64,000 nucleotides of DNA from Octopus bimaculoides. Taxonomy: Eukaryota. This document shows positions 13,781 to 24,997 of this stretch, piece by piece; the first letter of the stretch is position 1, and every line of letters begins with the position of its first letter. The stretch covers positions 128,418,489 through 128,482,488 of the forward strand of contig NC_068981.1 in NCBI RefSeq assembly GCF_001194135.2, written 5' to 3'. The position numbers and the translations under genes were made by a program. A model generated the notes under the pieces. It worked only from the letters and a program-made list of their open reading frames with translations, searched no databases and had not been told where the DNA came from.

Positions 13781-14862
13781 CTGAAAAATACATATTATAA
13801 AATTCTCATAAAATGATGATGAAAGTGAATTAGATACAAAATCCATTCCATTTCAAGATTAAAGTATTGTTTGAATATTAACATTTAAAGTAAAAGTAAT
13901 ATTACAAAGATTACATAAAATGAAATGAAAGTTATATTGTAAAAGATTGAAAAGTTTATCCCTAAAAAATTTATTAAAGAATTATTGTATATTTATAGAA
14001 TAAGATAAACATTGTATATCTATAGACTAAATCAAATATCCAAATCTAAATTTTACTAATATTTAAAGCAGTTCTTTTCATAGCTAAAACAATATTATTA
14101 AACACTACAACACAGGACTCAAATACTGCTTACATAGTTATAATGGTAGCTAACAAAAGATCTATGTGGCGAGCCAATCTGCAAAAAATAGCTGCCAGAA
14201 CTTCCTCAAAACACAACCACCAACTTAAGAAATAGTCCATTAAACAACATCATCTCTTAAAGAGATGGTCATGGCTAAAATACCTTTGATTATATGTTTT
14301 CTCAATTAGGTTTGACCTAGGGTTAAACAATAACATTTGAATTATTACTCCCACCACAAAAAAAAAAGTGGTTTGTGAAACAGAATCACTTCAATTAATG
14401 ACCCAATCGTGAAGATATTTTATCTTTCTCTCTCTCTCTCTCCCTCTTTCACACACACACACACGCACACACACACACACATACATTGCAATAATGAATA
14501 CATGTTAAGGGCAAAATGTGTCCCTGAAAAACTTATCATTAAGTAAAATTTATTTCCTCGTTGATTACCATGTTATAAAATAATGCATTCCAATGGATAT
14601 CTTCAAAGAAAACAACAAAACTAAAAGAAGCAAAATGACCACTTTTATGCATTAAAATACCAATTTCTAAATATAGACAGTATAATATGTAAACATAAAA
14701 TCATTTGAAGTGAAACACATCCACAAAAGCTACCAACTACTGTCTGAGGTGTTATGATGGAACGTACATTACTGAGAGAATAAGGGACACCTCTATCTTA
14801 CAGTTCATCACCATTAACATCTACAAATTGACAAAGAACTTATCCAAAATTGCTGGGTGTTT

Positions 14863-16083
14863 ATTATTTACATTATTTACATTTGATGAATATTTGTCCT
14901 CATCTTGTTTGTTGTTAACAGAATGTTTTGGCTGATGTACTCTCCAGCCTTCATCAGGTGTTCTGGGGGAATTTTGAACCTGGGTTCTCATTCCTCAAGT
15001 ATTTTTCAGATGTTGTTGTTCTTATTATTATTATCAAGGTCACTGCTTGGAATCGAACTTGGAATCTTGGGGTTAGTAGCCTGTGCTCTTAACCACAATG
15101 CCATATGTCCATGGGCAATTATAAGGTGAATTTTAGGGCTTGCAAATCTAATATTTTCCTGTCCTTCCTTAATACTGGTTCCCATATGCTACTCATATCT
15201 GCACTAGGTCTGCTTCGGAGATTATTATGACCTAGCATATGTGCTGCCTCTTTAGTTTTCATATTTTCCAGTGGTATTCTCTATCTATTATTTTAACTTC
15301 ATCCTACAGGGGGAGGCGGTCTCCATTTATCCATACATGATCAGCTATACCTGATTTATCAATATCTCCTTGTGTCACAGCTTTGCAAAGTTCCTCTACC
15401 CTTATTCTGAGGGGGCGACATGTTTCACCTATGTATAACCTACCACAGCTGCATAGGATGGAGTACACACAGTCTTTGGTCATATTCTCTTCTATTGGTG
15501 GGTTAACTCGAAGGAGATATTTGCGAAGTATTGTATTACTCTTGAATACTGTCATGATGTCGTATGGGCCGCATATCTTTTGTATCTTTTCGGAGAGGCT
15601 TTCACATAGGGTAGACAGACTGTGGACAGTTTATTGGTTTCATCCTCTCTTTTCTTCATAATTGGAGTAGATAGTATGGTTTTGGGGGTAGTTGTTGCTT
15701 AACAGATTGTTACTTAGCTTGATTATTTCTTTGTGGTATGTATCAGGATCACTACTTATATTCTTTGCTCGATGCTTTAGGCACTGAGAAATCCCTATCT
15801 TTACATTGTATGGATGGTGGGAATTGAAGTTGAAGTATCATCCAGTGAAGGTTGGCTTGTAGTATATGGATGTCCTGGATCCATACTTGCGGTATACAGA
15901 TGTCCTGAACCATTGCAAAGCTGTGACACAAGGATATTGATAAATCAGCTGATCATGTATGGAAATAACAACAACATTGGAAAAATACCTTAGAACACCT
16001 AATGAAGAGTACATCACTCAAAATATGTTAACAACAAACAAGATGAGGACAAATATCCATCAAATGTAAGTAATGTAAATAAT
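14863..16083 (-). mobile_element. Penelope-like element (RT thumb + GIY-YIG endonuclease remnant) with inverted terminal arms
   Basis: Minus strand 15250-15840 encodes YFNFNSHHPYNVK..LPYVKSLSEKIQKI..VFKSNTILRKYL..CVYSILCSCGRLYIGETCRPLRIR. Bases 14863-14964 and 15992-16083 are reverse complements. Confidence 0.88.
14917..14962 (-). ncRNA. Degenerate minimal type I hammerhead ribozyme motif in the Penelope terminal arm
   Basis: AACAC CTGATGA A GGCTG gagagtacat CAGCC AAAAC ATT CTGTT. CUGAUGA and stem II are intact; GAAAC has become AAAAC; stem I is 4/5 paired. Confidence 0.6.
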
Positions 16084-16129
16084 TACATAATTCCTCATCT
16101 CTCAAATATAGAACTGTATTGTTTATGGT

Positions 16130-17010
16130 GCATTATCTCTTCCCCTGTTCCCTCCCCCTCTATATATCTTGGCAATACCCTGCCACCATTCATCTCTCTC
16201 TTCCTGAATCTACCAGCCCATCTATGCCCTGATCCCCATCCCTTGTGAGTATACCCTGGCACTTACCATCATCCATCTCCTGCTCTTACTGTCTCCTACT
16301 TTCTCTTTCCCTTGATCTTCCCTCTTCATGTATCTCTTCTACAGAAACAAACCTATTTCTGCCCTCATTCTTGGTCACTCTCTCTCCCTCCTTTTGCTCC
16401 TACCTCTGGCTAGGTAACCATGTATCTCCTTTGCAGCAGCACACCTCTTTCTTGTTAACCCCCCCCCCTCTCTCTCTAGGTAACCATGTCCCTCCTCTTC
16501 AGCACCACACCCGTTTCTGACCTTATTCTTGTTAACTCTCACTCGCTTTCTCCCTCTCTCTCTCCCTCTCTTTGGCTGGGTAACCATGTACCTCCTCTAC
16601 AGCAAGACATCTGTTTCTCCCTCTCTGTCACACTCTAACATTTGACACATGATCACATTTTCCAATACCCACTCCCCTCTCAAAAATTCCTAGTCTTGCA
16701 AAGTTACTTGGTGACTTTGCCAGTGCAGGTGCCACTTAAAAAGTACCCAGGCCACACTGTAAAGCGGTTGGTATTTGGAAGGGCATCCAGCTGTGAAAAT
16801 CATGCCAAAACTGACCTCACCTGTGCAAGTGCTACATAAAAAGCACTCAGCTCACCCTGCAGAGTGGTAGGTGTTACGAAGAGCATCCAGCCATAAAAAT
16901 CATACCAAAACAGACACAGAATTATGGTGCAGGCTCCTACCTGGCTAGCTCCTGTCAAATTGTCCAACCCATGCCATCATGGAAGGAGGACGTTAAACAA
17001 TAATGATGAA
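16130..17010 (+). mobile_element. Non-autonomous RTE-tailed repeat with CT-rich body and three internal GGTAACCATGT..CCTCCT..CAGCA..GTTTCT-like units
   Basis: Internal units at about 16388, 16476 and 16574. The 3' end carries the RTE tail ..ggacgttaaacaataatgatga. Confidence 0.65.
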
Positions 17011-17174
17011 AGTTCAGTGCAGGAACTGAACTCACTGTAAAAATAATAAAGACCACTGCCACATGAACAATACCTTCACCAATACCAAAACCAAAACCAC
17101 CACTACCCTCAAACCATCAGCTTTTAAATAACCAATAAGCAACAGCAATAATAGTATCACCTTCATTGCAATGT

Positions 17175-17951
17175 CTGTAGCTACATATTTTCTATGCCAA
17201 CACAGTGGGTGTGTGTCTGTATGTCATCAATAAAAACTTTCAGACCTTCCAACACTTTAGCAATATTCTTTGCTGTCAACTTAAATGTAGTTGTTACAAT
17301 TTCCATATTCTCGCATCTGTATTTCCTGATTTCTTTTATTCAAATAACATCAACTCCTTGATAAATAAACTTTCTCTATAGCAGCATGTCAACCACATCA
17401 TTCTCTACGACATCCTACATCATTTGCAAGTGTCACAATATCTTTCTGAATTTGATGTAGACTTTCAGCTTGTGGAAAACTTGTAAAATCAGGGAAACAG
17501 GCTGGCCATATATTTTTTGATCCATGTACACATTAGATCTATGAAAAAATAAGGTCTAAGCAGTTGAAGGAGTAACTTCTTGAGCACTTAATTTTCTTTC
17601 TATTGTCATGTATTATTCTCATTGTAGACATTGCAAACTTTAATATTTTGGCAAGGTAGTTGATTGTTTTCTTTCACATCAAGCTTTTTAAAACATCAAG
17701 TTTAATATGCAATATAATCCTTTTAATTTCCTATTTGCACTATGACTACTTAATGACTTCTTTCCAAACAACTTGAATTGTAATAGTAAGTGCTGTCAAA
17801 TTCTTATGTGTGTAAGAATGGATATGAGAAGCTGAAAAGGTGAAGGAGTGAGGTGGAAAGAAGAACTGTATGATGGGTACTTTTCCCCTTCTGCTTCTAA
17901 CTTGATCCATATAAACTTCACACTCTGCTCACATACAGACACACTCCCACT
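17175..17951 (-). mobile_element. Highly degenerate pogo/Tigger-like transposase remnant
   Basis: Fragmentary minus-strand translation KKTINYLAKILKFAMSTMRIIHDNRKKIK resembles the HTH N-terminus, followed by a Tigger-like C-terminal stretch. Many stops. Confidence 0.45.
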
Positions 17952-18723
17952 ACATTGCAATCAAGGTGATACTATTATTGCTGTTGCTTATTGGTCATTT
18001 AAAAGCTAGTGGTTTGAGGGTAGTGGTGTTGGTGGTTTTGGTTTTGGTAAAGGTATTATTCATGTGGCAGTGGTCTTTATTGTTTTTGTTAATTGTATTG
18101 TTGCTGTTTACACTTAAGATCAAAGATATTTCATTCTAAATTTAAAATACACCAGAGCACCACATAACTGCATGTGATTTTTTTTTGTTTGTTTTTTCAT
18201 TTCAGATGGTGTTGCTTATCATGTTCATACTATTGTTATTGTGAGCCATAATTATTTTAATCTCCCTGTTTAGATGGACATATTTTGTACACGGTCCTTA
18301 CTAAAAAAACAAATAAAAAGAAATGTAAGTCACTAATTAAGAGCTATCACATACCATTGGTCCCATAACTGTTTTGGTTCTAAAGAGCTTTAAATTAATC
18401 TCTCTGATTGTAATTATTTGTTTCGGTTAAAGATTTTAAGCTTAATTTTCTCTAATTAATGAAAACTTACTATATTGCCTAACAAGAACATTCACCTCTA
18501 ATTAAATTTCTATCACAACATGCAATTTCCATTTATTGACTGTAACTAACTTCATCGTTAATCTTGTTTGTACTTTCAGGTGGGGAGCATTCTTATTTTT
18601 CATTTTTATATATTTCATGATATTAGTGATAAATTAGCAAATGAGACTGATTCTACATATTTGAAAATATTCGTGTCTAATCATTAATTGAAGTATTTTG
18701 AATTAGGAAAATCAAATAAAAAT

Positions 18724-18987
18724 ACAATTGCAGCATGGAAGGTGTTTATAACCCATTTAAAAACACACAAAAACTGTTAGATTCACTTCAACATTTAAAT
18801 TTAATTTGTCAAAATATTTCCATCGCTTTGAAACCACGACCTGTTCACTGACAAAATTCCAAGATGCAGCACAAAATTTTGTCAGTGAACAGGTCACAGT
18901 TTCAAAGTGACGAAAATATTTTGACAATCTAACAGTTTTTTTGTGTGTTTTTAAATGGCTTATAAACACCTTCCACACTGCAATTGT
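18724..18987. repeat. Long imperfect palindrome (fold-back element)
   Basis: Outer arms 18724-18783 / 18926-18987. Inner arms TGTCAAAATATTT..CACTGACAAAATT / AATTTTGTCAGTG..AAATATTTTGACA. The left arm has about 23 nt with no partner. Confidence 0.9.
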
Positions 18988-21029
18988 TTTTGTTTCAGCA
19001 CACAATCTCAGATCAGGTCGCTTGCTATGCAAGTACATCTCTGTAATTCCCAAATAAAAATAGTTCTATTCTTAATTAACTTTCTAATGAACACAACATT
19101 ATCAAAATGATTTTTATCATGAAACATCTTCAATCCTAAATTAATGTGAAAGTCTCAACTCATATGTAATGAAATCATTCATCCAGTGAAGTAAGCAAAT
19201 TATTACTTAATGATTCTCTCATCACTACTTCAGCAAGTATGGTACAGACTATGCTTTGCAGATGAGGTCAGCATGAGACCAAAACATACCTTGAGCTGAC
19301 CAATATTTGCTAAACAAATGAAAGCAATATCAATCATTTTATTAACAACTATTTCAAGTTAACCTTTTTGAAAGCATTGAATATATTAATACTAAATATT
19401 AAGTGTAAGATGATTTCAATCAAAAATAACAAATAGCAATTCCACTGATTTCTTCTTCACTAATTATACTTTCAGCCCTAAAATAATTTTCTAACCTTAA
19501 CACTGTCTCTAACAGTAACAGAAAAAGATTAAGACCAGCAGTTACACTGTAGGTAAAGTAAAACTGTCTACAACAGCATTATCAGTGCTGTTATCATCAC
19601 CATTTCCAATGCAGCAATGAGCATCATAACACAATGGCTAAGTTCTCAGTTAGATGAATTCATAGACCAGCTATGGATTATAGGGGAAATTGCATTATGT
19701 TGCTCATACTCATAGGAAAGAGTATCACAACCTTTAAAATTCCTCTTTTCAATTAAGCCACACATGAAAACTTCTCTGTTGTAAAAATTTCTTTTGACTA
19801 ACAATGTGACCTTCTCTGTGAGTAGTGGATTTCTTACTGGTTCTAATTTTATCAACGTTCAAAGATTAAAAGGGAAAAACCACTTGTAATGAAATGTTAA
19901 CTTAGAACAAAAACATTTTCTCCACTAAAAAAATTAAAATAGCCCATCTTAGAAACCAGAATTATTATAAATAGAACCCCTTCATTTAGAATATGCCTAC
20001 TTTTGGGATGCTAATGACAATCCTAAACCATTATATAAATATGGAAATTTCTTGAACATGTGGCAACTTCAAGAATTTTGGCTTACAAGAAGAAATTTAC
20101 AAATGGCATGAAGGATGTTGTCAACCACTTGAACCATTTTCTTCACATTCATATGTATCAAAATTCTATTTACAGCAGTTTCACATTCAAGAACCCATAA
20201 TTATTCAGTTACATTTCAAACAAGTTAAAAACCAAATTAATATCTACATTCAGATATCTTTCAAATACTTCAGAGGAAACATTTAAACAATCTGCCAGTC
20301 ACTAATACATGCAAAAGATTTATAACCCAATTCAACATTTTCTGATTCATTAACTTGCAAAATTAAACAAAACTAAATTTGTAGCTCAAACTCATTCAAA
20401 GATAGAATAGCAGGGCTAATCATTAAGTAAATGTTACAATTGGGTGGGTTTTAGTTTCAATCCCATAACAAAGTATTCAAACAAGAGTTTTTACTATAAC
20501 TTTGCATCAGCCAAAGACTTGTGAGTAAAATTTGATAGATGAAAACTGTGTCAAAGCCCACCAGAGGGACTATTTTTGTCAATGAGCAATAAACTTAATC
20601 AGTTTCCCAGTTTAGCAACCCTACAGGCTCAATAAGTATATTTAACAGGGTCTAATTAGTTACAAGCATAAAAACTAGGTCTCCAGCCTGAGGATAACTT
20701 CCACCCTTCCTCACATAAGCCTTAGAGGAACAACTAGAAATCATGGGCCTAAACTTTTCTCCTCTGACTAAAACAAATATTGGAATTAGAAAGGAAAACT
20801 ACCACTGACGGCAATGAAGCCATAATAATTTAAAGGAAGTGAAACACAAGAGGAGAAGAGTGAAGCACAAAACTCTTACAAATGCAAAAACAAAACCTTC
20901 AATTTATTTCACCCTAGTCTCATTATATTCAACAACATAAAGCTACAATATAAATATACATATACATATACAAGATGGTGCGCAAACAATAGCCCTAGTG
21001 AGGTCTGCTTTTCTATGGCATGGCAAAGG

Positions 21030-21030
<1 letters not shown>

Positions 21031-21114
<84 letters not shown>

Positions 21115-21125
21115 TGTGTGTGCAT
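21031..21125. repeat. (TG)n microsatellite
   Basis: Directly visible. Explains the poly-HT and poly-CV ORFs here. Confidence 0.95.
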
Positions 21126-22869
21126 GAGTGCGGTGGATGCATGCACATGCGTATCTGTGTGGTTAACCTAACCATTATAAAAACGTCGTTAGTGCCGTGC
21201 AGATAGGACCAAGAATAGTGGATGGCTAGGATAGATTTATAAGAGACAAAATCAATAATGAAAGCCAGAAATAGACTTTTTAGATTGGCAGACAACAACA
21301 GAATGGCTTTGGGAATGGAAGTGAAGGAAATAACACCTGTCTTCAGAAGTCAGGAAACTATATTCGCACCATACAGGTTGTCACACACCATACAGTACAG
21401 CCAATGAAGAATATATCATTATATAACACTATCATGTCATACATTGCGACCATTAAAGAATATCTGATTATATCCCTCAATATTACTCCACACCATACCT
21501 TACCACCAGTCAAGAATACCTGTTTATATAACACAATGCTATCATATGCCACATATTACAGTAAGGAATACATGGTTATACAACACAACACTAACACATG
21601 CCCCACCCTACAGCCAGTGAGGAACATATTATTATATAACACAACACTATCCAATGAAACACCTCACATTTAATCAGAGATATATCAATGAAAATTACAG
21701 ATTATCTCATGTAATACCTCATACACCACTACACACTGCTATGTGCAATGATATAGAACTAATCATAACTACTTTGTTGTATAACATAAACAGTCACATA
21801 CTTTTGTGATGGGACAAGAATACATTACTGTGCATACTGGGTGTTGTAACAACTTATAGACATAACACATTGTACATTGTCATATGAATATCTTATACAT
21901 AGTTATAAATATACTGTTACACAACCAATATACTGTTATATGTAATATCTTATATCTATACAGTAGACCTTTTTGCTCTAATATATTCTGAGGGACACAA
22001 ACTATCCAATATCTTGCAGCAAATTTGTAATGCATTACTGTACGACAAATACTGTCTTTTGATATACCTTATAGATACTAGAGAAACTGCTCCTTATCAT
22101 ATTTTGTAGATCTTACAGACATGGAATAGTGTAGCTGTAAAATTTTGTTAGCAGTAGATTATAAAGAACATATTCATGTAAGAACTGCATTTCAATATTG
22201 GCCTTTGTCTTCTGGTGAAGAAAATAATTGAGCTCTCGACATCTGATAGTTCTCTATGAAGTTCAAGTGAGACTCACAAAGGAATACTGTTCCTGTATCT
22301 GGAACGATGCTGCAGTTACCCATAAAACATCATAGATCATATTCTCCAACACACTCCAACTTCTGGTCTACAGATGCACTGTCCCTTCACTCAGCATTTT
22401 TTCTACAATTACAGTCATCTCTGCTCCTTGGAGCTCCAGCCAGGCCCACCCAATTTATATATCTTTCTTCTTCATCTCATCACTTATACTCCTCACTGTA
22501 GATTCTACTCTAAACAATATGCCCAATCCTTTATCCTCAGAGTGTCAGCTATCTCTTTGCCCATGTCTTTACTGTACTGTTCAAAAAAGAACATCAAATA
22601 TGTCACCAAAAAGTTACCAGGACAGTGAACAAACAGTTATGGAACCAAAGCAATTAAATAGTCAAAACTTAATGTATGATGGTGGCTACCACAACAATGA
22701 AGAGACTAGTAACTACAATAAACAGTTTTAGAATGGATGCACAAATCAATAGAGGTGGCTTTCAAACTTTTAAACAAATCATATATTAATCACATATTAA
22801 ACATATATAGTTATATATTAAACAATATATTATTATTAATCCTATATTTAATAGAGTAAAATTAATATT

Positions 22870-22999
22870 ATGAGGTGGTTCACAAAAGCCATTGGCACCT
22901 GTGCCCACACCCTGAGGAAAGCTGCCTCCAGTTCCACACAAGTTGTCGGCTTTGGGACCACCTGGTCCAGCCGTCTCTGAATTTCATCCCTCAGGTTCA
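22870..22999 (-). mobile_element. 130-bp inverted copy of the 3' end of the neighbouring Tc1 remnant
   Basis: Reverse complement of 24868-24997, with 7 mismatches in 130 nt by manual comparison. Confidence 0.92.
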
Positions 23000-23156
23000 A
23001 TTATTAATCCTATATTTAATAGAGTTAAAAAAATTATACCTTCAGTTTGTTAGTGAAAAGTGGCCTTAGTTAATAATAATGCTATTTATATAATGTAGGT
23101 TCATAAAAATTTAAAAGACAGTCCTTAACCTTGCTGTTAAGGTTATTATTACTCAC

Positions 23157-23265
23157 TTGGTATTATGTGTATCAATTTCATCAAACAAAGCTTTGAGTTC
23201 TTCTTTCCCCATAACACCATCAGCAAAAAATCCAAGGAATTCTGTCCAAGATATTGCACCATCGT
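23157..23265 (-). CDS. NECAB1: NECAB-family exon, EF-hand 1 loop and start of EF-hand 2 (DDGAISWTEFLGFFADGVMGKEELKALFDEIDTHNT)
   Basis: Long pyrimidine tract tctctctttttctctgctAG, donor GTgagt, 109 nt, phase 1 to phase 2. Strong similarity to NECAB1 [36 protein letters not shown]. Confidence 0.95.
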
Positions 23266-23527
23266 CTAGCAGAGAAAAAGAGAGAAATAAAAATCAACAG
23301 GTTTCAAAGGGAAAATATAAAAAATAATGAATGGATCAATAGTGATAATAATGACCAATAAATATTGATTTCGTTTGGTTAGACAGAACATCTCTAGACA
23401 CGCCACTATTTTAAAATCAATATCTGATAGATAATACCCTCAAATCTACTTACATCAAATCTCTTCACACCTGATACCAAGACCATTAAATTCAACCATC
23501 TACTTTGGAACAATATTCTTTAGTACC

Positions 23528-23738
23528 TAAACCAGCCATATCCAGCCCAAATATTCTACCTGCTTTATGTTCAAATAAGCCAGATCTGGTTTTTCACACC
23601 TACCCTATAATGCCATTCTAAAAAAAAATAATCAAGTCATTGAAATCTCAAAGCTACAAGACAATGCCTGATTAATTCAAAACAATGAATAAATAAGCAT
23701 TACATTTGACAGAGTAATCTAAATGCCAAAGGGTTAAA
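23528..23738. mobile_element. Short non-autonomous element with a piggyBac-like CCCTTT/TTAA end
   Basis: Ends ..ATGCCAAAGGG TTAA. A homologous copy at about 49985-50166 ends ..ATGCTAAAGGG TTAA. Confidence 0.55.
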
Positions 23739-23741
23739 CTA

Positions 23742-24997
23742 CACTGAACTGCAAAAGAAATGTGATTTTTTCAAATGTCATTTTTATATGGTAAATTCTG
23801 AAAATTTATTTCGGGGATGTAAGTGTAAATATTCCAAGACATGCTGGTTTATGTCTCAGACCCAAATTGCAAGTAACCTTTCAACTTTCCCTGAAACAAG
23901 ACGCCAAAACACAGGTGTGTTGAATGCCATGGGAGGCAGTCACAAACAATTGTTATGAAAACCGAAATGCATGTGCATCTCGTGGAGATTATGGGTATAA
24001 AAATCAACTTGAACAGCATTTCTGGCATTCATAATTTGGACGCACCAGGTATGACCTGATTGTCAGCAGCACAGAGAGAACAAGCTATTGGCTGATTGCA
24101 AGCAGGACAGCATGCCCTGGTTGTTGTGAAAGTTCACAATGCCCATGTCAGCACCATCACCTGGAACAGTGATACAACAACAACAACAGCACTGCAGATC
24201 ATGCCCTCAGAAGGAACCCCCAGATGACCACATCCAGACAGGACTGCTTCATGCACCTCTAACACCTCCATGATTGCTTCAGACTGGCCAGCATGTCAGC
24301 TCATGAGACCATTGGCACTGGACAGCAACCCATCAGCAACGACACAGTACATCAACTGGCAGCCAACAACCTGCTTTGCCATCGTCCTGCTCGAGGGCCT
24401 GTCCTCACTGCCCACCACAGTTAGGCACGACTACAGTGGGCTACACAGCATCGACATTGGCGGCATCAACAATGGAGGTCGATAGTCTTCTCTGATGAGA
24501 GCTGGTACTGCATTTCCACCTTGGATGGCAGAGTGAGGGTTTGGTGTAGGAGGGGTGAATGCTACAGAGATGCATGTGTCATGGAGAGAGACGCATGGGG
24601 TGGTCAAAGCATCATAGTTTGGGGCGCTATAGGCCTGAATCAGAGAATTGGGCCCCATGTGTTCCAAAATGTTGGTGCAGGCAGAGGGAATGGCATCACA
24701 GCACAGCGCTACATTGACCAGATCCTAAGACCTCACACCATGCCCTTCTTTGCGCATCACCATAACCACGTGTTCCAGCAGGACAATGCTCCTTCCCACA
24801 CAGCCAGGATCACCATGGACTCCTTGCATCAGCACGTCAGAACCATGGCCGGCTCTCAGCCCGAAACTGAACCTGAGGGATGAAATTCAGAGACAGCTGG
24901 ACCAGGTGGTCCCAGGGCCAACAACTTGTGTGGAACTGGAGGCAGCTTTCCTCAGGGTGTGGGCACAGGTGCCAATGACTTTTGTGAACTGCCTCAT
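23742..24997 (+). mobile_element. Degenerate Tc1-like transposon, 3'-truncated
   Basis: TA then CACTGAACTGCAAAAGAAA at the 5' end. Pseudo-ORF from about 24050: MT*LSAAQREQAIG*LQAG..VFSDES..DGRVRVW.RRGE..GGQSIIVWGAI..FQQDNAPSHTA. Deletion in the SPDLNPIE region. Confidence 0.85.

Noticed and set aside
19500-19860. Higher-complexity segment with ORF 19646-19855, considered as an extra NECAB exon
   Set aside because: No NECAB similarity. The flanking exons already join in frame with no missing homologous residues.
20909-21298. ORFs with poly-HT/CV, ER or YI runs (also 9020, 31474, 33054 and 46371)
   Set aside because: Translations of dinucleotide microsatellites.
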